DNA from: a virus | Taxonomy: Duplodnaviria > Caudoviricetes | DNA length: 39,868 nucleotides | Virus record (IMG/VR): IMGVR_UViG_3300023105_001971 | Span: 1 to 39,868 of that record | Reading direction: 5' to 3' (one strand) | Part shown: positions 1 through 9,651 of the stretch, piece by piece | Position numbering within the stretch: position 1 is the first letter of the stretch | Layout: each line of letters opens with the position of its first letter | The notes under the pieces: generated by a model | Told to the model about the DNA's origin: nothing | What the model saw: only the letters and a program-made list of their open reading frames with translations | Database searches by the model: none | Translations under genes and position numbers: made by a program

Positions 1-15
1 TACAAGGAGTAATGT

Positions 16-363
16 ATGGACCAACGACTAGAACAGGCGTTAGATTTTAGCAATTATATGATAACGCTAGATAATGCAAAGCGTATTTTAAAAGAACAAT
101 ACCAAGACAATTTAATTTGTTATTATAATGGCGGCAGATTTACTGTAACAAAAGAACTAGTAAGTTTTTGTCAAAGTTTATTATCGTTACAACAAGAACA
201 AACAATCTTAGTAGACGACAACGATTTTCCAGTTGAAGTGCAAGATTTACAAGAATTTACAAGCACAATAATTTCAAAGTATTTTGAGGCAACTAATACA
301 TATCTTACAGAATACAATAAATTAAAAGTCAATCGAACTGTAGAGGGAATCTTTAATGAGTAA
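16..363 (+). CDS. Hypothetical phage protein (115 aa)
   Basis: ORF with AAGGAG Shine-Dalgarno (4-9) before ATG; overlaps next gene; no catalytic motif recognised. Confidence 0.7.
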   Translation: MDQRLEQALDFSNYMITLDNAKRILKEQYQDNLICYYNGGRFTVTKELVSFCQSLLSLQQEQTILVDDNDFPVEVQDLQEFTSTIISKYFEATNTYLTEYNKLKVNRTVEGIFNE

Positions 364-1186
364 AGGTGCATTATTAATTGCACGTAATAATTCACAGATT
401 GACTATGTAAAACAAGCAATATTTTGTGCAAAAAAAATACAAGAACATTTAGATATACCAGTGAGTTTAATAACTGATAATAAAAGTTATTTAGATAAGT
501 TTGAGCATTCGTTTGACAAAATAATTGAAATTCCTAATACAATTGACTATCATCACAAAAGTTACAAAGATGGAATGTATGATAGAAAAAATTTAGAATT
601 TAAAAATACAGCAAGATCCGATGCTTATACATTAAGTCCATACAACGAAACACTGTTAATGGATACTGATGTTATTGTAGGTAACGATCATATGAAATCT
701 GTATTTGCACAGCAAAATGATCTTTTGCTATACAAGGATGCCTTTGAATTATCCAATTGGCGAGACTTGTTTGAGTTTGATCGTGTTAGTCCTAACACAA
801 TTGACTTTTATTGGGCTACTGTTGTATTTTTTAGAAAAAGCAAACTTACCGAAACGTTTTTTAATTTAATCACACATATTAAAGAAAACTGGCAACATTA
901 TAAAACACTATATCAAATTAAAAACGTTACATTTAGGAATGATTTTGCATTCAGTATTGCAGTACACATAATGAGCGGATATACAACCAATAAATTTGTA
1001 GGTAAGATGCCTGGTACACTGTATTATACACTTGATAGAGATATCTGTCATGATATAGACAAAAACAAATACAAATTTTTAATTGAAAAATCAGATGGAA
1101 CAGGATATTTTCCAACATCGATAAAAAACAGCACAGTGCATATTATGAATAAATTTAGTTTGAATAGGGTAATAGATGAGCATTAA
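356..1186 (+). CDS. GT-A fold glycosyltransferase-like protein (GT8/mannosyltransferase-like)
   Basis: N-terminal 'YVKQAIFCAKKI...PVSLITD' and 'SPYNETLLMDTD' DxD motif typical of GT-A; paralogous to next gene. Confidence 0.65.
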   Translation: MSKGALLIARNNSQIDYVKQAIFCAKKIQEHLDIPVSLITDNKSYLDKFEHSFDKIIEIPNTIDYHHKSYKDGMYDRKNLEFKNTARSDAYTLSPYNETLLMDTDVIVGNDHMKSVFAQQNDLLLYKDAFELSNWRDLFEFDRVSPNTIDFYWATVVFFRKSKLTETFFNLITHIKENWQHYKTLYQIKNVTFRNDFAFSIAVHIMSGYTTNKFVGKMPGTLYYTLDRDICHDIDKNKYKFLIEKSDGTGYFPTSIKNSTVHIMNKFSLNRVIDEH

Positions 1187-2024
1187 CTTTACAATATTTG
1201 CCCAAAATAGCACATATGATTATGTACAGCAAGCATGTGTTGCTGCTATGAGTATTAAACTAACCAATCCACAAAGTAAGATTTGTCTAATTACCAACGA
1301 TGCTGTTCCAAACAAATATCAAGATTTATTTGATCATGTAGTACCAATTCCTTTTGGCGATAAAAGTAAAAACAGTACATGGAAAATTGAAAATCGTTGG
1401 AAAATATATCATGCAACGCCATTTGAAGAAACTGCTGTAATTGACAGTGACATGTTGGTTTTAGACAATCTTGATCACTGGCAAAGTGCATTAGACAAAC
1501 ATGATTTGTTTTATGTAAACAAAGTACAAACATACAGAGGCGAGTGGGCTGATAACACATATTACAGAAAAAGTTTTCGTAATCACAACTTGCCCAATTT
1601 GTATGCAGGGTTCCATTGGTTTAAACGTTGTGAATTTTCGCATAACTTTTACAAGTGGTTAGAACTGGTAATGAACAATTGGGAACTGTTTTATGGACAA
1701 TATGCCGGCGGCAAGTATTTTCAACAGTTTCCGAGCATCGACGTAAGCAGTGCTATTGTTTGTAAAATATTACAAATTGAAGATAAAATAACCAGCAATA
1801 CAACTTATCCTACATTTACTCATATGAAATTAAAAAGTCAAGGCTGGGATAAAATTTATGTAGAAAACTGGCAAGAGCAAGTAGGAACATATTTAGACAA
1901 CGATTGCAATTTAAAAATAGGAAACTTTAGACAAACAGGTATTTTTCATTACACTGAAAAAAGTTTTTGTTCAGACCAAGTTATTCAAACATATGAAAAC
2001 AAGTTAGGAATTGCAAATGGATAA
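1176..2024 (+). CDS. GT-A fold glycosyltransferase-like protein (GT8-like), paralog of 356..1186
   Basis: 'YVQQACVAAMSIK...ICLITND', 'TPFEETAVIDSDML' DxD motif, C-terminal 'FTHMK' and 'IFHY'. Confidence 0.7.
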   Translation: MSINFTIFAQNSTYDYVQQACVAAMSIKLTNPQSKICLITNDAVPNKYQDLFDHVVPIPFGDKSKNSTWKIENRWKIYHATPFEETAVIDSDMLVLDNLDHWQSALDKHDLFYVNKVQTYRGEWADNTYYRKSFRNHNLPNLYAGFHWFKRCEFSHNFYKWLELVMNNWELFYGQYAGGKYFQQFPSIDVSSAIVCKILQIEDKITSNTTYPTFTHMKLKSQGWDKIYVENWQEQVGTYLDNDCNLKIGNFRQTGIFHYTEKSFCSDQVIQTYENKLGIANG

Positions 2025-2601
2025 ACCAAAATTATATGTATCAAACGAACGTTATGTTTATTTTGATGATACAGGAAATTTGATTAGGATTTCTAACAAA
2101 GATAACATAGAAGGCAATTATATTACTGTACAACTTGACGATGTAATGAGTATGATTACAGGTGCTGAGGGTATGGAAAAATATGTAGTACTGTTTGATA
2201 CTGTTACTAAACAAAATGTATTGCGTTCAAGATACATTGAAGAAGAAATTCAATTTGACATTAACAGTCAAATATATCAGTTACCGACTATAAAACCCAA
2301 TCGTCCAGATTTTACTATTCAACAAGATATTCCAAATAAAGTTTGGCGTTTAATACTAGATGAAACACTGCAATATAACTTGAAACAAAAAAGTTTAAAA
2401 TTTACAAGTGCTTTAAATATCAGTATTACAAAGAAAAATGATCCACATCATTTGCACAACAGTTTTGTGATTGATTTATCAGAATTAGACGAAAATGGAT
2501 TTGAAGTTCCGTTCACAAGCCAGATCGAACTTGACGCCAATGCATTAAGCGTATATACTACAAAGAGACTTGAAACATACTATCACGAGGTACTTCAATG
2601 A
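2017..2601 (+). CDS. Hypothetical protein (~194 aa)
   Basis: ORF track starts at TTG 2011; ATG 2017 follows an AGGA SD and is preferred; translationally coupled on both sides. Confidence 0.65.
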   Translation: MDKPKLYVSNERYVYFDDTGNLIRISNKDNIEGNYITVQLDDVMSMITGAEGMEKYVVLFDTVTKQNVLRSRYIEEEIQFDINSQIYQLPTIKPNRPDFTIQQDIPNKVWRLILDETLQYNLKQKSLKFTSALNISITKKNDPHHLHNSFVIDLSELDENGFEVPFTSQIELDANALSVYTTKRLETYYHEVLQ

Positions 2602-3539
2602 GCAACAAGTTTAGAGTTTTAGACTATGACATCATTTATCTGTCATATGACGAACCTAATGCAGAAGAAAATTACGCTGACTTGTGCAGCAAGATTCCGT
2701 GGGCCAAACGTGTACACGGAGTAAAGGGCAGCGATGCAGCACACAAAGCCTGCGCCGAAATTAGCGAAAGCGATAGATTTATTACTATTGATGGCGACAA
2801 CATTATTTTAAAAGAGTTCCTAGGTAAAGAATTTGATTTAGACAATCACGAAGATGCACACTGGAACAAAGAAGTAAAACTAGATGATTGTGTTATTAGT
2901 TGGAGTGCTAAAAACACAATCAACGGATTAGAATACGGCAATGGCGGCATCAAGTGTTGGCCTAAGCAAAAAGTGTTGGACATGCGTACACATGAAAATG
3001 CTGACCCTAACAATCCACATGCACAAGTAGACTTTTGTTGGGATATTGAATATATTCAAATGAACACTTGCTACAGTGAAATACGCAACAATGGATCTGC
3101 ACAACAAGCATGGCGAGCCGGATTTCGTGAAGGTGTAAAAATGGCACTGGATCGTGGTATGCGTGTTAGCGTAGATGACTTCCACAAAAATCATTGGAAA
3201 AACTTGCATCGTTTGTATGTGTGGCTAATGGTTGGTGCAGATGTAGAAAATGGACGCTGGGCTATTTACGGAGCAAGAGAAGGTTTGTACAAAACTATGT
3301 GTACAGATTGGGACTTTGTAAATGTGCGTGACTTTGATTGGCTCAACGATTATTGGAACAGCAAAGACATTAATGAAGATCAAATGGAAGAAGAAACACT
3401 TGACTATGGTTATAAGTTAATTGAAGAACTTGACTTGCCTATTGCTGCTGAACCTCTCAACGGCAATCAAAGTTTGTTCTTTAAAACTGTATATACTAAT
3501 CCTTCTCGTATTCCTAAAAGGAAATTAAATGTCATTTGA
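2598..3539 (+). CDS. GT-A/GT2-like glycosyltransferase
   Basis: 'DIIYLSYDEPNAEENY...RVHGVKG..AAH...FITIDGDN' (DxD), 'YGNGGIK', 'AWRAGFREGVK'; homologous to the C-terminal domain of 32950..34266. Confidence 0.65.
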   Translation: MSNKFRVLDYDIIYLSYDEPNAEENYADLCSKIPWAKRVHGVKGSDAAHKACAEISESDRFITIDGDNIILKEFLGKEFDLDNHEDAHWNKEVKLDDCVISWSAKNTINGLEYGNGGIKCWPKQKVLDMRTHENADPNNPHAQVDFCWDIEYIQMNTCYSEIRNNGSAQQAWRAGFREGVKMALDRGMRVSVDDFHKNHWKNLHRLYVWLMVGADVENGRWAIYGAREGLYKTMCTDWDFVNVRDFDWLNDYWNSKDINEDQMEEETLDYGYKLIEELDLPIAAEPLNGNQSLFFKTVYTNPSRIPKRKLNVI

Positions 3540-4911
3540 AACAGATAAAGCAAAATATATTAACGACATTACAAAAAGGCACTTTTCGCCTACGTTTTGC
3601 TTTGCTAAATGGTATCACACTACAATTTATTTGCAAACTGGTGAAACACACAGTTGTTATCATCCTGCGCCACATCAAATTGACGTAGATGAACTACTAA
3701 CCAATCCAAGTGCGTTGCATAACACAAAGCACAAAAAGCAAGAACGCAAAGAGATGTTAGAAGGCAAGCAGTGTGCAGGATGTCAGTATTGTTGGAATGT
3801 AGAAAACATGGGTCCTGATTTTATCAGTGACAGACATATTCGCAGTGGCAGCATTTACAACGAAGAAAGACTAAACGAAGTTAAGTTGAACCCTTGGGAC
3901 TTTGATGTAAACCCTGAGTACATTGAGATTTCGTTTGGCAATGAATGTAACTTCCGTTGTGGTTATTGTCATCCAAAAGCCAGCAGTAGATACCATCAAG
4001 AAATACGTCAGCACGGCCCTTATGATATGGTAAAAAATCATAGATGCGATGTTGATTGGTTTAAAGTATATGAAGAAGATAGCAATCCGTATGTACGTGC
4101 ATGGTGGAAGTGGTGGCCTGAAGTTAGTAAAACGCTAAACATTTTGCGTGTTACAGGCGGCGAACCTACTATTCAAAAAAGCACATACAGATTGTTTGAA
4201 GAACTTGAAAATGATCCTAAGCCGCATCTTGAACTAAATGTAAACAGTAACTTAGGCGGTAAAGAACGTCAACTTGCAAAATTTACAGATAACGTAAACA
4301 GTTTGCTTAGTCAAAATAAAATCAAAGCATTTAAATTGTTTACAAGTATTGACACTTGGGATAAACGTGCAGAATATATTCGTGACGGTTTAGATTTAGA
4401 AGTATTTGAACGTAATTTAGATTACTTCTTAACAAATACAACTGCACCTGTAACGTTTATGATTACGTTTAATTTGTTTAGTGTTACAACATTTCAAACA
4501 CTGCTAGAAAAAATCTTGGAATGGCGTGCCAAATACAATGATGTAAACAGCGGACGTTGGCAGCGTATTCATTTTGATACACCATATTTAAAAGAGCCAT
4601 TGCAGTACGATATAAACATTCTACCTAAAGAAACTTATATGCCTTATATGGAAAGTCATTTAAAGTTTATTGAAGAAAATGTTGCAGAAGGTTATAAGAC
4701 TGGATTTAGCAGCATGGAATATGAAAAGTTTAGACGTGTTGTGAGTTATATGAAAACAACTGAGTATGACGAGCAAAAAATACAAGAAGGACGAAAAGAC
4801 TTTTGGAACTTCTTTAAAGAACAAGATCGTAGACGTAATGTAGATTTTGAAGCAGCATTTCCTGAAATGGCAGACTTTTTTGCGCTGTGTAAGGAAGCAA
4901 ATGAAAGATGA
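3529..4911 (+). CDS. Radical SAM protein, long type with N-terminal SPASM/twitch-like Cys cluster
   Basis: CNFRCGYC (CX3CX2C), TGGEP, N-terminal FC...SCYH...CAGCQYC, 'YIRDG', C-terminal D..R...FPEM. Confidence 0.9.
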   Translation: MSFETDKAKYINDITKRHFSPTFCFAKWYHTTIYLQTGETHSCYHPAPHQIDVDELLTNPSALHNTKHKKQERKEMLEGKQCAGCQYCWNVENMGPDFISDRHIRSGSIYNEERLNEVKLNPWDFDVNPEYIEISFGNECNFRCGYCHPKASSRYHQEIRQHGPYDMVKNHRCDVDWFKVYEEDSNPYVRAWWKWWPEVSKTLNILRVTGGEPTIQKSTYRLFEELENDPKPHLELNVNSNLGGKERQLAKFTDNVNSLLSQNKIKAFKLFTSIDTWDKRAEYIRDGLDLEVFERNLDYFLTNTTAPVTFMITFNLFSVTTFQTLLEKILEWRAKYNDVNSGRWQRIHFDTPYLKEPLQYDINILPKETYMPYMESHLKFIEENVAEGYKTGFSSMEYEKFRRVVSYMKTTEYDEQKIQEGRKDFWNFFKEQDRRRNVDFEAAFPEMADFFALCKEANER

Positions 4912-6121
4912 ACATTTAACAAAAAGCAAAACGTTTTGTATGTTTCCTTGGTTGCATTTAAATGTAACACCAAAAGGAAACATATATCCTTGTTGTAGCA
5001 GTGATTACGTTGAGCCTTTTGCAAACACAAAAGACACTACACTTGAGCAAGCATTTAACAATGACAAGATGCGTCAATTGCGTTTAGATATGTTAGCAGG
5101 ACGTGAAAACGAAGCCTGCACTTTTTGTTATAAACACGAACTGAGTTCTCCTTACAGTTTTAGAAAATACAGTATTGAAAAATTTGCACACAAATATGAT
5201 GAACTTGTACCTTATACAAATGCAGATGGTAGTTTAGATAAGTTTACAATGGCGTATTATGATGTGCGTTTTAGTAATATTTGTAACTTTAAATGTAGAA
5301 CTTGTGGTAGTGAATTTAGTAGTAAGTGGGCACAAGAACACAAAGAACATGACGCACCGCCTCCAGGTTTTCGTGTAATACAACATGCAGATGCAAGTGG
5401 CAGTTTGCTGGATCAAGTTATTGAACAAATACCCAATATCGAACTTGCATATTTTGCAGGAGGCGAACCACTTATCACAGACGAACATTATGTTATACTT
5501 GAAGAAATGATTGCTAACGGTAGTTGTAAAGATATTACATTGCGCTATAATACAAACATGAGCAACTTCAAATACAAAAAATATGATGTGCTAGATATGT
5601 GGAGCAATTTCAAAGCAGTTGAAGTAAGCAGCAGTTTAGATCATTATGGTGCAAAAGCAGAATATATTAGACATGGCACGGATTGGAAAACTGTAGAAAA
5701 CAATTTGCGAAAAATACGTGATGTTGAATATATCGACTATCAATTTAATTGTGTATTGAGCAACTTGAACTATGTTACACTTGCTGATTTTTTTGAATAC
5801 ATGATAGACAATGACTTGTTACGCAAACACGATTACATTAGCATTTATCATTTGTTGAATCCTAGTTTTTACAGTGCGCAAAATTTGCCACAGCATTTAA
5901 AAGACAAAGGCAATACAAGACTGCAAAACTTAATAGATCAAATCAAAGACGAATATTGGTGTGTACAACATATTCAAAATGCAATGCAGTTTGCAAACAG
6001 TGCCAATATTTGGAATGATCACGGTGAAGAATTTATACATAATACTGTAAGACGAGATAAAATACGCAATGAAGATTTTACAGCAGTATTTCCAGAACTA
6101 TCGAGTATGCTAAATGGATAA
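4901..6121 (+). CDS. Radical SAM protein, long type
   Basis: CNFKCRTC, AGGEP, N-terminal FCMFPW...PCC...CTFC; ATG 4901 after AAGGA preferred over track start 4847. Confidence 0.9.
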   Translation: MKDEHLTKSKTFCMFPWLHLNVTPKGNIYPCCSSDYVEPFANTKDTTLEQAFNNDKMRQLRLDMLAGRENEACTFCYKHELSSPYSFRKYSIEKFAHKYDELVPYTNADGSLDKFTMAYYDVRFSNICNFKCRTCGSEFSSKWAQEHKEHDAPPPGFRVIQHADASGSLLDQVIEQIPNIELAYFAGGEPLITDEHYVILEEMIANGSCKDITLRYNTNMSNFKYKKYDVLDMWSNFKAVEVSSSLDHYGAKAEYIRHGTDWKTVENNLRKIRDVEYIDYQFNCVLSNLNYVTLADFFEYMIDNDLLRKHDYISIYHLLNPSFYSAQNLPQHLKDKGNTRLQNLIDQIKDEYWCVQHIQNAMQFANSANIWNDHGEEFIHNTVRRDKIRNEDFTAVFPELSSMLNG

Positions 6122-7382
6122 ACAAAAATTATTAAAAGAAGACGGTGCCTTTTGCATACTGCCTTGGATACACATGCATGCCTGGCCGGACGGTCGTGCT
6201 TTGCCTTGTTGTATTGCAGATAGTGATCAACCTTTTGGTAACTTGAAAGAAAACACTATTGAGGAAGTGTGGAATAGTGAACGTTACAAAGAGTTGCGTG
6301 TTGCCATGCTCAACGGTAAACAATTAGATACTTGTAAACGTTGCTATGAACTTGAAAACAGCACATGGATTTGGACACTGCGTAAAAACAGCAACGAATG
6401 GTTTGGTGACAAGCATTTTGACTTGGTAGAAAAAACCAAAGAGGACGGCACACTTACTGATATGCGTATGGCATATATGGATGTGCGTTTTAGTAATATT
6501 TGTAATATGAAGTGCCGTAGTTGCGGTCCTGAACTTAGTAGTTTACATGCACAAGAACATGGTGAATTATATGGTAAACATGAAATAGCCAACATGTTAA
6601 AAAACAATGGTAGTACTGTTGTAAACATTGCAAAAGAAAACAACTATTGGGAAAATTTACAAAAGTATTTGCCTGATGTAGAAGAAGTGTATTGGGCAGG
6701 CGGTGAGCCGCTTATTACAAATGAACATTACAAAATTCTTGACGAATGGATTGCTAATGGTAAAACAGATGTAAGATTGCGTTATACAACAAACTTTAGT
6801 AACATGCGTTATAAAAGCAAAAGCATTTACAGTTATTGGGAACAGTTTGATGATGTACAAGTTAGTGCAAGTTTAGATGCAAATGGTGCTAGAGCAGAAT
6901 TTATGCGCCACGGAACAGACTGGCAACAAATCGAACAAAATCGTATCGAAATGTTAGAGCGTGTACCTCATGTACATTTTGAAATTACACCAACTATTAG
7001 TTTGTACAATGTTTGGAATTTTCCAGACTTTCATATGGATTGGGTAGAGCGTGGACTTGTAGACATTGACAAGTGCAGACTCAACGTGTTAACTGGTCCT
7101 GACTTTATGCGTATTGATTATATACCAGAAGAATACAAGCGTGAACTACGTGCCAAGTATATTGATTATAAGAAATGGGCATACGAAAAATGCAAAGATG
7201 AAAACATGGTACGTGAAGTATTAGGGCATATTGACAGTGTGTTACAATTTATGAACATGGGTGAATACAACCAAGAAAAATTAAATCAATTCTTTCAAAA
7301 AAATCACACATTAGATGTGCATCGCAAAGAAGATTTTTGGGCAGTATTTCCTGAACTAGGATGGTTAAGAAAACATGTCTAG
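6114..7382 (+). CDS. Radical SAM protein, long type (tandem paralog of 4901..6121)
   Basis: CNMKCRSC, AGGEP, FCILPW...PCC...CKRC, C-terminal FPEL. Confidence 0.9.
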   Translation: MDKQKLLKEDGAFCILPWIHMHAWPDGRALPCCIADSDQPFGNLKENTIEEVWNSERYKELRVAMLNGKQLDTCKRCYELENSTWIWTLRKNSNEWFGDKHFDLVEKTKEDGTLTDMRMAYMDVRFSNICNMKCRSCGPELSSLHAQEHGELYGKHEIANMLKNNGSTVVNIAKENNYWENLQKYLPDVEEVYWAGGEPLITNEHYKILDEWIANGKTDVRLRYTTNFSNMRYKSKSIYSYWEQFDDVQVSASLDANGARAEFMRHGTDWQQIEQNRIEMLERVPHVHFEITPTISLYNVWNFPDFHMDWVERGLVDIDKCRLNVLTGPDFMRIDYIPEEYKRELRAKYIDYKKWAYEKCKDENMVREVLGHIDSVLQFMNMGEYNQEKLNQFFQKNHTLDVHRKEDFWAVFPELGWLRKHV

Positions 7383-7971
7383 AATAGTTGCATTTGGTTG
7401 TAGTTATACATATGGGTACGGATTACCTGACTGTAAAGAACAAGATGATTTGCCTAGTAAGTATGCATTTCCGTCTTTAGTAGCCAATGCAATAAACAAA
7501 GAAGTGCTAAACAAAGCCGACGGCGGAGCATCTCAAAAACAAATTGCTGCAACTGTTTTACAAACAGACATTAAAACTAACGATATTGTAATTATAAATT
7601 GGACAGATGCTACACGTAGAGGTATATACAACGGACATATGTGGAATCAATTAGCAAGTTGGACAAATGATAATACTTGGCTAAGATTTTATAACAAGTA
7701 CCACACCGAAACAGATGATACATTAGATACATTAATGTATATGAATTTAGCAAATTTATATTTAAAAAAACAAATTCGATGTAGAAAAGTTATTAATTGT
7801 TTAAATCGTCGAGATAATAATATATTAGAAGCAACAGAAAAATGGAACACAGTGCGTATTGATTTAATTTTTAAAACTAAAAAATTTTATTATCAACCTA
7901 TACCCGGTGACGGACACCCTGACGAAAAATCTCATCAAGTGTTTGCAGAAAGAATATTAGAACTATTATGA
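7375..7971 (+). CDS. SGNH/GDSL-like hydrolase or acyltransferase (GCS variant)
   Basis: Block I 'IVAFGCSYTYG', block II 'NKADGGAS', C-terminal 'DGHP...H'. Confidence 0.7.
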   Translation: MSRIVAFGCSYTYGYGLPDCKEQDDLPSKYAFPSLVANAINKEVLNKADGGASQKQIAATVLQTDIKTNDIVIINWTDATRRGIYNGHMWNQLASWTNDNTWLRFYNKYHTETDDTLDTLMYMNLANLYLKKQIRCRKVINCLNRRDNNILEATEKWNTVRIDLIFKTKKFYYQPIPGDGHPDEKSHQVFAERILELL

Positions 7972-8933
7972 GTACATTACTTAAAATAACTCCAATGGCA
8001 GAACCGTATGCTTGTCTTACTTGGCAAGTAAACAACTTTTGCAACTTTCAGTGTAGTTATTGTAATCCAGGCAATTGGGCAGGAGATAACCGTAACAACG
8101 GAAATTTACAATTGTATATTGATAATACAATGAAAATTTTCAACACTTACAAACAGCGTGGATACAAACATTTTAAAATATTCTTCAGTGGCGGCGAACC
8201 AACACATTGGGAAAACTTTATTCCACTTGTAACACATTTAAAAGAACAAATACCAAACATTACTGTTGCTGTAAACACAAATTTGTCACGCCCGTTAAAA
8301 TATTGGCAAGAACACTACAATTTGTTTGATGATATTGTTGCTAGTTTTCATATTGAATTTGCCAAGCAAGACAGATATATTGAAAACGCAAAGTTTCTGT
8401 GCGACAAAGTAGATTATTTGTGTACAAAGATGTTAATGCACGATGAACGTTTTTGGGAAGTAGTTGAGTTTGGAGAACGTGTTCGTAAAGAAGTACCAAA
8501 TTACAATTTAGAATGGACGCCGTTGTTTGATGAAATGAGTGTAAATGCAGGTCCTTGGGAATACAAAGATCCTGTAAAACAAAACTTTTTGGAAAACGCA
8601 CAGTTTGAAACTGTACAGCGTATTGACAAACCTTATAGAGAAAATTACGCTGTAAGTATGGCGCATTACGATACAGGCATCGAACCTGTAAACAGCAACA
8701 AAATTATTGCTGCACGACAAAACTTTTTTACAGGTTGGAAATGTCAAGTTGATGATGCATTGTTTATTAATCCACGTGGTGACATAAGCGGTGCTAGTTG
8801 CGGGGTAGGACAAACACACGGAAATATCACAGACACTGACTTGACTTTTGATTTAAAACCTGTTATATGTAACAAACAACATTGTCATTGTGGTACAGAT
8901 ATAATTATTCCTAAAGAGCCTGTAAATGTTTGA
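7968..8933 (+). CDS. Radical SAM protein, short type with C-terminal Cys cluster
   Basis: CNFQCSYC, SGGEPT, 'SFHIE', C-terminal GWKC...SC...CNKQHCHC. Confidence 0.9.
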   Translation: MSTLLKITPMAEPYACLTWQVNNFCNFQCSYCNPGNWAGDNRNNGNLQLYIDNTMKIFNTYKQRGYKHFKIFFSGGEPTHWENFIPLVTHLKEQIPNITVAVNTNLSRPLKYWQEHYNLFDDIVASFHIEFAKQDRYIENAKFLCDKVDYLCTKMLMHDERFWEVVEFGERVRKEVPNYNLEWTPLFDEMSVNAGPWEYKDPVKQNFLENAQFETVQRIDKPYRENYAVSMAHYDTGIEPVNSNKIIAARQNFFTGWKCQVDDALFINPRGDISGASCGVGQTHGNITDTDLTFDLKPVICNKQHCHCGTDIIIPKEPVNV

Positions 8934-9651
8934 TCATGTATTAATAAATGGTTGTAGTCACAGTGCTGGTAGCGAAATTGAAGGCAGCGGCATTGGCGAA
9001 GGCAATTACAATAGAGAAAATAGTTTTGGTGCACAGTTTGCAAAGGCTTTAAATTGTAGTTACACAAACATTGCTTATCCTGGTGCTAGTAACGACTACA
9101 TTGCACGTACAACGCTGTATTGGATATTAGACAATAAAGAACTAGCAAAACGCACATTGTTTTTAATACACTGGACAGGCACCGATAGAACCGAATATTT
9201 TTATGATGAAGGCAAAACCAGCGCCTTTGATTTTATTCCATTTAAGCCTGATACTAATGTAACACACCTACATCCTCAACACTATCCTGATTGGGCACCT
9301 AAGCAATGGACAAAAAACTTAGACATATTAAGTAACCAACTATTTCTTAATCATACGCAATGGGATATTAATAGATATAATAACATTATACAAACGCAAG
9401 AGTTTTTAAAAAGCAACGGATACAAATATGTTTTTAGAAATGCATTTCAGTGTTGTGAAAACAGACCACGATACAAATATTATATTGATAAGTTAGATAA
9501 AGATAATTTTTTGCATTGGGATAATGCAGAAGAAAGTTTTTACGATCATTGTATTAACATGGGATACGATGTTGAAGGACAACAGTATTGGCATCATAAA
9601 TTAGATGCACACACATATTGGGCAAAAAAATTAATTGACTCTTTTGTTTAA
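8926..9651 (+). CDS. SGNH-like protein (GCS variant)
   Basis: 'INGCSHSAG', 'NIAYPGASN', 'IHWT...R.E', C-terminal 'WHH...AH..WA'. Confidence 0.7.
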   Translation: MFDHVLINGCSHSAGSEIEGSGIGEGNYNRENSFGAQFAKALNCSYTNIAYPGASNDYIARTTLYWILDNKELAKRTLFLIHWTGTDRTEYFYDEGKTSAFDFIPFKPDTNVTHLHPQHYPDWAPKQWTKNLDILSNQLFLNHTQWDINRYNNIIQTQEFLKSNGYKYVFRNAFQCCENRPRYKYYIDKLDKDNFLHWDNAEESFYDHCINMGYDVEGQQYWHHKLDAHTYWAKKLIDSFV

